Origin: Nitrospinaceae bacterium
GTDB lineage: Bacteria > Nitrospinota > Nitrospinia > Nitrospinales > Nitrospinaceae
DNA: 64,000 nucleotides
Reading direction: 5' to 3'
Assembly: GCA_965223665.1 (NCBI GenBank)
Contig: OZ245011.1
Location: 736,001 to 800,000 of the forward strand
Shown here: positions 10,897-18,920 of the stretch, one piece after another
Numbering within the stretch: the stretch's first letter is position 1
How the letters are laid out: each line of letters starts with the position of its first letter
The notes under the pieces: model-generated
Databases searched by the model: none
Told to the model about the DNA's origin: nothing
Seen by the model: the letters and a program-made list of their open reading frames with translations, nothing else
Translations under genes and position numbers: made by a program

Positions 10897-11112
10897 ATGT
10901 GGAAAAATATATTTATTGAAGCTTGTATAATTTCTCTTCTTGTATTTGGTGGATTTTATATAAATGCTAACTATTTAAAAGAGAAATTAGTACCAACAAA
11001 TGGGCCTTCAACTACCATTCCCCCAACCCATATTAGTGGACAAATTCAACCGCAAAAAAATATAGCATTACCCATTCAACATGTAAGTGGTAATCCAACC
11101 GCAAAAAAGTAA
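10897..11112 (+). CDS. small membrane-anchored hypothetical protein
   Basis: 71 aa, N-terminal hydrophobic helix, SD-like agga upstream. Confidence 0.5.
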   Translation: MWKNIFIEACIISLLVFGGFYINANYLKEKLVPTNGPSTTIPPTHISGQIQPQKNIALPIQHVSGNPTAKK

Positions 11113-11145
11113 TTCAATCCAGACAGACCCATAAACTAAAAAAAT

Positions 11146-12042
11146 TTAATCTATTTTTCTGATTTGGCATTTAAATGTCTTTTTATTAGTCCAAATTACC
11201 TCAATCTCATAGGGTAGTTTTGTATTTTTATCTATCTTTGAACCATTTATTTGTTCGGGAGTTAAGTTATTTACTTTTTCAAAATTAGCAGAACGCAAAT
11301 CTGCTCCCTTAAAGTTAACATTTTTCACATCTGCGTCAGTAAAATCGGCTTTTTTTAGATCTGCATTGGTGAAATTACAGCCACCCATTTCCACACTTAC
11401 AAACAAACATTCGCTTGCATTGGATCCTGAGAAATTGGCATTCTCCATTTCAGAAACACTAAAGTCCGATTGACCTAATTGCGTATTGGCGAAATTTGCT
11501 TTTTCCATTTCTCCTTCTCGAAAATCTACTCTAATAAATTTGGAGAAACTCAAGTTTGTATTTTCCAACTTACTATTTCGAAAGTTAGCCCCGGTAAAAT
11601 CAGATTTTATTAACTGCGCATTAGATAAATCAGAACCAGGCAAATCTACCTTAGAAAAATCTGAACGGTTAATTAAGGCCTCTTTTAAATTCACCCATTT
11701 AAATTTTGATTCATTGGCTTTTGCCCCACTGAGATCTACTTTTTCCAGATTTGCTTCATTAAAAACAGCTTGTGTTAAATGCCCACCATTAAGGTTTGCA
11801 TTATTTAAATCTGCATTTACAAAATTAGCTCCCATTAAATCTGCTCGTCTAAGATCAGCATTAGATAAATCTGAGTCTCGAAAATCGGCTCTGGGTAAAT
11901 TTGCTTCATTCAAATTAATCCCAGGAATTTTAATTCCTACAAAATCGGCATTCATTAAATCATGTTTATTTAATTCAATTTTTTTACGCAAATCATCTTC
12001 AGATAAATTTTCCGAACGCCAATCAAAACCCTTTTGCATCAT
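11146..12042 (-). CDS. pentapeptide repeat protein
   Basis: long run of A(D/N)(L/F)xx repeats; SD aggagg. Confidence 0.95.
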   Translation of the reverse strand: MMQKGFDWRSENLSEDDLRKKIELNKHDLMNADFVGIKIPGINLNEANLPRADFRDSDLSNADLRRADLMGANFVNADLNNANLNGGHLTQAVFNEANLEKVDLSGAKANESKFKWVNLKEALINRSDFSKVDLPGSDLSNAQLIKSDFTGANFRNSKLENTNLSFSKFIRVDFREGEMEKANFANTQLGQSDFSVSEMENANFSGSNASECLFVSVEMGGCNFTNADLKKADFTDADVKNVNFKGADLRSANFEKVNNLTPEQINGSKIDKNTKLPYEIEVIWTNKKTFKCQIRKID

Positions 12043-12131
12043 ACCTCCTTTTCATACCACTCGCTTTAAAAACGGATTATGTTAGCATGAACAGGAAATT
12101 TCGCTATTTTTAAATTTGTAATTATCTTAAA

Positions 12132-12833
12132 TTGTTTAAAATGATATCGAAAATTCACAATTCTGATCAATGGCCCGTAAAAATCCCCCTTCTCACCATA
12201 ACTATTTATTTAACAATAGTTATTTCATCAATTATTTTCCTTAATCCGCAAGTCCAAGAATGGAATCCCTTTTTATTTAATGGATATATAATTTTAGTGT
12301 TAATATTTTTTTCTTTAGCAAAAAAAATAAAAATAGAACAATTAGGATGGAACCCCCAATTTATAACCAATCACAGTATGTTGGGATTAGTATCTGGCTC
12401 TTTCATTATTGCCGCTATTCCAATATTAAATAAATTTATTGAAGTTACAGGCTTGGAAAATACCGATCTATTTTTGGGAGCTAATCTTAGGTCTGAAGGA
12501 TTAGTTTCTGGGACATGGACTTTGTCAATATTGTGGTCAGTAATATGGGTTCCATTTATTGAACAAACATTCTTTTCAGGATTCGTACTAAATTCTTTTC
12601 TAAAAAAATTTAAACCCTCTTTAGCAATTTACTTTACCGCTATAATTTTTGTCTTAGTCCATTTGGATTTTCGATTGGGGATGTTTATTTTGGGTTTAAT
12701 TAATTCGGTGTTTTATTATTTAACGGGAAGTGTATATGCTTCATTACTTTTTCACATGGCCAGCCAAATAGGTGGATTATTGTTGGTCCACTTTTACCCA
12801 AGTGTTATTACCCTTTTAAGTTTCTTATTTTAA
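12132..12833 (+). CDS. CPBP (CAAX/Abi) family intramembrane protease-like protein, degenerate motif 1
   Basis: multiple TMs; PFIEQTFFSG (canonical EExxFRG), FVLVH, LLFHMASQ. Confidence 0.7.
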   Translation: MFKMISKIHNSDQWPVKIPLLTITIYLTIVISSIIFLNPQVQEWNPFLFNGYIILVLIFFSLAKKIKIEQLGWNPQFITNHSMLGLVSGSFIIAAIPILNKFIEVTGLENTDLFLGANLRSEGLVSGTWTLSILWSVIWVPFIEQTFFSGFVLNSFLKKFKPSLAIYFTAIIFVLVHLDFRLGMFILGLINSVFYYLTGSVYASLLFHMASQIGGLLLVHFYPSVITLLSFLF

Positions 12834-12835
12834 AG

Positions 12836-13702
12836 TTACCCGGCTTTTTTTTGAGGACTTTTCTTTATTGATTTTCTAATGGTTTTTCTGCCCATTTTAG
12901 CTGCCGCTGCAGCTTCTTTTTTGGCTTTGCGCATTTCACGTTGCAATTGTAGCTGCTTGAGTACTTCTTCCCTTTGTTTGGGATCTTCAAAAAAAGCAGA
13001 GACTAAAACTCCAAACTCATAAAGACCGTATAATGGTAGGCCTAAAAGGACTTGGGTGATTATATCTGGAGGAGTTAAAACTGCAGCTAAAGCAAATGAG
13101 CCCAAGAAAGCCCATTTTCGATACAGTCTCATTTTAATTGTATTGATTGCCCCAAACTTAGTCAGCAAAACCATTATCAAGGGAGTTTGAAACGCAAAGG
13201 CAAACGCCAATATTAATTTAACTACAAAAGAAAAATAAAGACCAATGGTCACTAACATTTCATACCAATCAGCTCCGTAGTTAAATAAGAACTTAAGACC
13301 AAGCGGAAGGACCAGGAAATAACAAAAGGAACCACCGAATAAAAAGAATAAAGTCCCAAAGGTTACAAACATAAGGGTAATTTTTTTCTCTTTGACCTTG
13401 AGACCCGGAGAAACGAAAAACCAAAAATGGTAAAGTATTAATGGCATCGTAATGAATAAAGATGCCATAAAAGATACTTTCATATGCGCAAAAAAAGGCT
13501 CGGTAGGGGAAATAAAGGTAAGAGAATCTTTCCAAACTGGCGGCATCGGACGTTCCAAAAACTTCAACAAGAACTCGATGAAATAGAAACAAATACCAAA
13601 AACAACCAGGACCACTATTGCAACTTGAATAAAGCGATCCTTAAGTTCTTTTAAATGGGAGGATATAGGAATTTTGTCTGTAAAACCTACTGTTTTGGCC
13701 AT
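12836..13702 (-). CDS. tatC: twin-arginine translocase subunit TatC
   Basis: HLKELKDR, SPTEPFF, FVSPGL...EKK, FQTP, LTPPDIITQ, LYE. Confidence 0.96.
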   Translation of the reverse strand: MAKTVGFTDKIPISSHLKELKDRFIQVAIVVLVVFGICFYFIEFLLKFLERPMPPVWKDSLTFISPTEPFFAHMKVSFMASLFITMPLILYHFWFFVSPGLKVKEKKITLMFVTFGTLFFLFGGSFCYFLVLPLGLKFLFNYGADWYEMLVTIGLYFSFVVKLILAFAFAFQTPLIMVLLTKFGAINTIKMRLYRKWAFLGSFALAAVLTPPDIITQVLLGLPLYGLYEFGVLVSAFFEDPKQREEVLKQLQLQREMRKAKKEAAAAAKMGRKTIRKSIKKSPQKKAG

Positions 13703-14064
13703 TTTAAAATTATGTAAAAACTGAAGATTAGTTCATAAAATGATCGCCCGGAAAAGAAAGGTCAATTTCAAATTTCTTAATAAACCCTCCGGGCGCTAAC
13801 TAATCAAGTATTAATAGTATCAATAACTTTTCCATTCTTTTTGGACTCATATTACTTAAAGCTCTAAATAATTACAATAATGTTTTGACATAAATAAAAA
13901 GTTATGAATAAAACCCTGCGAAACATTATTTGATAACATCTTGAAAATATTGGATAATGCTTGCAAGTAATAGGATGCTGGTTTCCATTCCTTAAATTCC
14001 AATTACCAATATTGATAAATAAAACTATTAAAATCAATGAATTATATGCAAGCAACCGTTAACT

Positions 14065-14250
14065 ATGAGTCTTAACGGAAAAAGGGTTGAGGGGGTCAAA
14101 GTCCTCAATATCAATGAAGAAAGTGCCCAGGCCATCGAAAAAATGGTGGCAAAAGCTATTGAGGAAATTCGAGACCAAGGTCTGGATATTATAGATATCC
14201 AGTCTTCTTCAGATTATCTAATTTTGGTATTAAGTAAAAAAAGCCCGTGA
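14065..14250 (+). CDS. small hypothetical protein
   Basis: 61 aa ATG ORF with globular composition, first in a + strand gene run. Confidence 0.6.
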   Translation: MSLNGKRVEGVKVLNINEESAQAIEKMVAKAIEEIRDQGLDIIDIQSSSDYLILVLSKKSP

Positions 14251-14345
14251 ATGTTAAAGGATCTCGGTTGGCAGACTGCTAGCTTCCCAAGCTAAATTTA
14301 GTGGGTTTAACCCATCCCCCATTCTTTAACTAAGCGAATTTAACT

Positions 14346-14627
14346 ATGAGATTGCAAAAAGAATTAGTTGAAAAAATTTCCACAAAAATTACCCAGGCAT
14401 TAATTGATGGTGATTTCCTGATTTGGGAAGATCGGCCCGAAAAATTACAGGCCATCGTTAATAATATAATTACAGAAGATTTAATGATTGAAGACCGTCT
14501 TAACGAAGAAGTAAAAATGCTTTTAGAATCTCGAACCAAAGAATATGAGCGCGATATGATGGACTATGGACGAGTATTTCAAATGATCAAGTCTAAATTA
14601 GTTCGGGAACGTGGATTGATACTTTAA
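14346..14627 (+). CDS. DUF507 family protein
   Basis: MRL..., EDRLNEEV..LL, DY..VFQMIKSKLVRERGLIL. Confidence 0.85.
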   Translation: MRLQKELVEKISTKITQALIDGDFLIWEDRPEKLQAIVNNIITEDLMIEDRLNEEVKMLLESRTKEYERDMMDYGRVFQMIKSKLVRERGLIL

Positions 14628-14644
14628 CTTTCAAAACATTTTTT

Positions 14645-14923
14645 ATGAAAATAAGTCGAGAAAAAATTAATCACATTAGTAAGCTAATTATTAAAGATTT
14701 TGAAAATCGAGAAGAATTAGATTACAAGGTGGACTTAAACGATATTAGATTAGAAATTGCCCGAGTAATGACTGATATTTTGAAAATTGATGACAGAGCG
14801 GATGCCGAAGCTCGAAAGACTCTTGCTTCTTACTCGACAAAAAATATTCGTGAAGGTACTGACGAATGGGATATTCTTTACCAGAAACATTATGAGGAGC
14901 AATTAAAGAAACTCGGCGGTTAG
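14645..14923 (+). CDS. DUF507 family protein (second paralog)
   Basis: MKISREKINHIS, EGTDEWDILYQKHYEEQL. Confidence 0.8.
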   Translation: MKISREKINHISKLIIKDFENREELDYKVDLNDIRLEIARVMTDILKIDDRADAEARKTLASYSTKNIREGTDEWDILYQKHYEEQLKKLGG

Positions 14924-14926
14924 GTT

Positions 14927-15610
14927 TTGGAAATTAATTCATTTTTCTATAAACCAAAATTTATCATCCTTTCATTCATTATTTTTTCTGTTAACTTTAA
15001 TCAACTTTTATTAAATCCCCCTTCCCTGTTGGCCCAGTCGAAAGTAAATCAATTTGTTCTTATCCCTTCAGGAAAATTTATTTCGGGCCCTCCCAACAAC
15101 CAAAAAGAAAAATTTGTGGATTCTTTCTATATTGATGCTACTGAGGTCCCACAAACGTTATTTAAAAAAGTAATGGGCTATTCTCGATCTTTTTTTAAGA
15201 ATCCAATGAATCCTATAGAAAAAATCGATTGGTACGAGGCAAAGGAATACTGTGAAAAAATAGGTAAACGTTTACCAACTGAATGGGAATGGGAAAAAGC
15301 AGTAAAGGCAGGTAGCATTACTCATTATTTCTGGGGAGATGAATGGGATCCGAACTATGCATGGAGTAAATCCAATGCAAATAAAAAAACGCATAAGGTT
15401 GGAAGCAAAAAACCTAATGCACTAGGCCTTTATGACATGGCTGGTAATGTGTGGGAATGGACTTCAAGTGATCATGAAAACGGCGGAAAAGTTTTAAGAG
15501 GGGGATCCTGGAGAAACTCACCTAGAATGTTACGCTCCTATATGCGGATAAACTCCCTCCCTCACTTTTTTTATCATTACGTTGGATTTAGATGTGCGAA
15601 AAGTAAATAA
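14927..15610 (+). CDS. FGE-sulfatase (SUMF1/EgtB/PvdO) domain protein
   Basis: RLPTEWEWEKA, PNALGLYDMAGNVWEW, RGGSW, GFRCAK. Confidence 0.92.
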   Translation: MEINSFFYKPKFIILSFIIFSVNFNQLLLNPPSLLAQSKVNQFVLIPSGKFISGPPNNQKEKFVDSFYIDATEVPQTLFKKVMGYSRSFFKNPMNPIEKIDWYEAKEYCEKIGKRLPTEWEWEKAVKAGSITHYFWGDEWDPNYAWSKSNANKKTHKVGSKKPNALGLYDMAGNVWEWTSSDHENGGKVLRGGSWRNSPRMLRSYMRINSLPHFFYHYVGFRCAKSK

Positions 15611-15629
15611 TTTGTACGTCAACTAGATT

Positions 15630-16802
15630 TTATTCTTTTAATATTTTGCCTTCCAAAAATTTATAAATTGTTTTAATGGGAATATTGTTCTTCTTAGCCA
15701 TTTGTAAACATGATTTATATTCGGGAGAGGATTGAATAATTTCACCATCCAGCTTTCCTATTTTTATTTTTGCGGTTCCCCAGGGAGTTTTAACATCAAC
15801 TATTTCCCTATCTAAAATCATGCGATCCATCTCTATAGTCCGAATTCCAAATGTCGTGGTTTGATTTAAAATAATTTGTGATAACACATCTAACTTATGA
15901 ATAGGACACAACACAGAAAGTTTAATACCCGGCCGATTCTTCTTCATAAAAATAGAACTGTAATAAACGTCTACTGCTCCCGCCTTAAAAAGGTTCTCCA
16001 TTATTTGTTCAAAAAACTCAGGGTTCATATCATCAATATTAGTTTCTATTAAAGTAATTTTTTCCAACGCCGGACGATCACTTTTCCCAAAAATAATTCG
16101 CAAAAGATTGGGCTGTTCTTTGACAATATGGTCTCCACCACCATATCCAGATTTAATAATGGTCATTAAGGGCATGGATCCAAATTTTTTTGCAAAATGG
16201 TGAATCATTGCAGCCCCTGTAGGAGTGGTAAGTTCTTTTTTGACACCACTAGAAAAACAGGGAATTCCCTCTAAAAGTTTTATAGTTGCAGGTGCTGGGA
16301 CAGGCAAGATTCCATGCTCGCAATTCACGGTTCCCTCACCGGTATTGAGAGCTGACGATATAACTTCATCGACTCCCAGTAAATAAATTCCATAAACTCC
16401 ACCCACCACATCAATAATTGAATCTATAGCCCCTACTTCATGAAAATGAACCTTATTCAATGTGGTTTTATGGACCTTTGCCTCAGCATTCCCCAGAAGC
16501 CTAAAAATTTCAATTGAATTTTCTTTGACCTCATTAGGGAGTTTGGATTTTTTAATAAGGTTTTCTATATCTTTAAAATTACGAGATTTTTGAGGCCCTT
16601 TGGTTTTATTCAATACAATATTGATTTTAGACCCTGAAATTCCTCCCCTTTTAATTCCCTTAGATTTTATCTGGTAGCCAGGTAGGTTAAGTGTGGAAAG
16701 TCCTTTGCGAATATCTTTAAGTGGGATGCCCAGATCTATTAATGCACCCAAAATCATATCTCCGCTGATTCCGGATTGGCAATCAAAATAGGCTATTTTC
16801 AT
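15630..16802 (-). CDS. larC: nickel-pincer cofactor biosynthesis protein LarC
   Basis: YFDCQSGISGDM, VHFHEVGAIDSIID, HGILPVPAPAT, ELTTPTGAA, ETNIDDMNPE, MKKNRPG. Confidence 0.95.
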   Translation of the reverse strand: MKIAYFDCQSGISGDMILGALIDLGIPLKDIRKGLSTLNLPGYQIKSKGIKRGGISGSKINIVLNKTKGPQKSRNFKDIENLIKKSKLPNEVKENSIEIFRLLGNAEAKVHKTTLNKVHFHEVGAIDSIIDVVGGVYGIYLLGVDEVISSALNTGEGTVNCEHGILPVPAPATIKLLEGIPCFSSGVKKELTTPTGAAMIHHFAKKFGSMPLMTIIKSGYGGGDHIVKEQPNLLRIIFGKSDRPALEKITLIETNIDDMNPEFFEQIMENLFKAGAVDVYYSSIFMKKNRPGIKLSVLCPIHKLDVLSQIILNQTTTFGIRTIEMDRMILDREIVDVKTPWGTAKIKIGKLDGEIIQSSPEYKSCLQMAKKNNIPIKTIYKFLEGKILKE

Positions 16803-16835
16803 AGAATTTTAATTGATGAGAAAGGAATATTAAAA

Positions 16836-17114
16836 CTAATATTTTGAGAATAGCTTACTAAAAAAACCCCTTTTATTCACCTTTCCATTCCCATTGGTCG
16901 GTTCCTTGTTAAGAATTTCTTTTTTATTGTGTTGGTCTAGAAAAAGTTGAATTAATAAATGGCAGGATTGGCACCCACCGCCAGCTCCGCACGCATCAGT
17001 AACATCCTCTATGGATTTCAAATCCTGAGATTGAATACAAGCTTTAATGGTGGTATCCGTTACTTGGAAGCACTGGCAAATGACCTCAGCTTCCTGGATT
17101 TTAAGATCACTCAT
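16836..17114 (-). CDS. BFD-like [2Fe-2S] binding protein
   Basis: ICQCFQVT...AGGGCQSC. Confidence 0.88.
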   Translation of the reverse strand: MSDLKIQEAEVICQCFQVTDTTIKACIQSQDLKSIEDVTDACGAGGGCQSCHLLIQLFLDQHNKKEILNKEPTNGNGKVNKRGFFSKLFSKY

Positions 17115-17129
17115 CTATATTTTTTCATC

Positions 17130-17178
17130 GATATTGATAATTGTTCTCATTTTAAGAATTTATATAGCCCTTTGTCAA
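17130..17178 (-). promoter_or_regulatory. sigma70 promoter with adjacent Fur box for bfd-like/larC
   Basis: TTGACA (17178-17173) N18 TAAAAT (17154-17149); gatattgataattgttctc (17130-17148) matches GATAATGATAATCATTATC at 15/19. Confidence 0.7.
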
Positions 17179-17239
17179 TAAAGGTTTTATTTTCAAATGA
17201 CGATAAAAATTAAAACATTAATTTAATTGGACCTAACAA

Positions 17240-18709
17240 GTGAATTTTGAATATTTAATGGATTGTGTTTTAACAGATAATATTGATGAAGCCTCAAATA
17301 TTTTTAATATTCTCCCCAACAAACCGAAATATATTGGAAATTTACTAACATTAGCCAAGAATTCATCCCCACCACTTATACAATTTAAATCAGATTCTCC
17401 GGAAGTCGTGGTTGTTCAACCCTCGCATACTTGCAATGTAGGTTGTGAAATGTGTTCCGAGGGATACGATAAAGTTACTCAAAAATATAACGATTATCTC
17501 TATCTTCTTCCCTATCAATTTGAATCTATTTTCCCTTGGCTAAAAAACTCAAAAAGTGTCCAATTTGTAGGAACTGGAGAAACATTAGAATCTCCATATC
17601 TCTCAGAATATATCGAAAAAATAGATGAAAAAGTGTCCATGGTAATTACAAGTGGAGTTCCATTGAACCAAAAAAAAACTATTGAATTAATCCGTAGTAA
17701 TTTAAAAATATTAAATTTTTCCTTTGAGGGAAAAACGAGCACCGGACATGGAGGAGATAAGGACTCTTATATAAATAAATTCTGGTCGAAAATAAAAATG
17801 GTTCAGGAAATAAAAAATTCTCTAGATTCTTTTATTCCAGCAATCCATCTAACCATTACAGTAAATAATGAAAACATAGATCAACTGGATGAAATATTTA
17901 ATAGGGCAATGAATCTAGGAGTAAAAGAAATATTTTTATTACCCATGCTTCTAGCAAACAAAAGTCTTAAAGAAAAATCTATATTCAACAATTTTAAAGA
18001 ATCTATCCAAAAACTAATCGATCTTCGTTCTCGGTGGGAAAATCAAAAATTAGAAATTCAATTTCTAGCATTGGACAAAGAAGTGGGCAAACTAGATGTT
18101 TGTCCATTTGTAGATAATTTTATTATGTTCAATGGTAAGGATTCCAATCCAAGATTATGTTGTGGTGACCTGTCAGTGCCTTTGAAGTACGGAAACATTC
18201 CTCCTGAAACCTATTGGAATTCATTTCCCCTACGCTACTTCAAATTTCTACATTTAGCTAAAGAATCAAGAGCGGTACCTGCAAATTGTGAAAATTGTTG
18301 GGCAATGAATTTAAAGCAATATTCTGATTCAAAAAGTAAAACAGATTCTACCGGTTCTCATTTTTTTGAATTGTATCAAAGAGCATCATCTTTAAAAGAA
18401 GAAGGAAGTTTGCAAGAAGCTAAAGATTTATTTGAAAAAAATTTAAGTAATATAGCTAATTCCGATTTAAAGGGAAAAGTTTATTTTCATTTAGGAGAAA
18501 TATATATAGCGTGGAATAATTTTTCTGATGCCCTGGCGTGTATGGAATTAGCAGTCCAAAATTGCTTTGCTCATCGGAAAGCATACACCTACCTCAGTTT
18601 GCTCTATAGAATATTAGGAGACCCAAAAGTAGGTAATATAAAACTTAAGTATTCCTGTGAATTTGACAAAAAATTTTTGAAATTTGATAAACCAAAATCT
18701 CTAGCTTAA
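17240..18709 (+). CDS. radical SAM protein with SPASM/twitch-like Cys region and C-terminal TPR
   Basis: CNVGCEMC (CX3CX2C), GTGE, later CPF...LCC...CENC, TPR-like helices (GKVYFHLGEIY); GTG start. Confidence 0.88.
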   Translation: MNFEYLMDCVLTDNIDEASNIFNILPNKPKYIGNLLTLAKNSSPPLIQFKSDSPEVVVVQPSHTCNVGCEMCSEGYDKVTQKYNDYLYLLPYQFESIFPWLKNSKSVQFVGTGETLESPYLSEYIEKIDEKVSMVITSGVPLNQKKTIELIRSNLKILNFSFEGKTSTGHGGDKDSYINKFWSKIKMVQEIKNSLDSFIPAIHLTITVNNENIDQLDEIFNRAMNLGVKEIFLLPMLLANKSLKEKSIFNNFKESIQKLIDLRSRWENQKLEIQFLALDKEVGKLDVCPFVDNFIMFNGKDSNPRLCCGDLSVPLKYGNIPPETYWNSFPLRYFKFLHLAKESRAVPANCENCWAMNLKQYSDSKSKTDSTGSHFFELYQRASSLKEEGSLQEAKDLFEKNLSNIANSDLKGKVYFHLGEIYIAWNNFSDALACMELAVQNCFAHRKAYTYLSLLYRILGDPKVGNIKLKYSCEFDKKFLKFDKPKSLA

Positions 18710-18870
18710 AAATCATTTGCCAATAAAAATAATTCGGTCTCAGGAGTATCCTATTGCCATTTTTAATCAACTTTATTTTTCCACTAACCATTTATAAAAT
18801 AGTTATGAAAATTTACTTAAATGAAAAGGCCTTTTGGTGTTATCCAAAAACTCAGTTTTGCCACACCCAC

Positions 18871-18902
18871 AAAAAAAGGCCGGTACCTATTGGCACCGAC
18901 CT
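18871..18902 (-). terminator. intrinsic terminator after di-heme enzyme gene
   Basis: minus strand aggtcggtgcc-aata-ggtaccggcct then T-run. Confidence 0.75.
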
Positions 18903-18920
18903 CCCTTAAAATTAAGTTGA

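Noticed and set aside
11486..12085. 199-aa + strand ORF
   Set aside because: Antisense shadow of the pentapeptide repeat gene; periodic codons keep the frame open
13864..14055. 63-aa minus-strand ORF
   Set aside because: TTG start, no SD, AT-rich divergent promoter region; likely spurious
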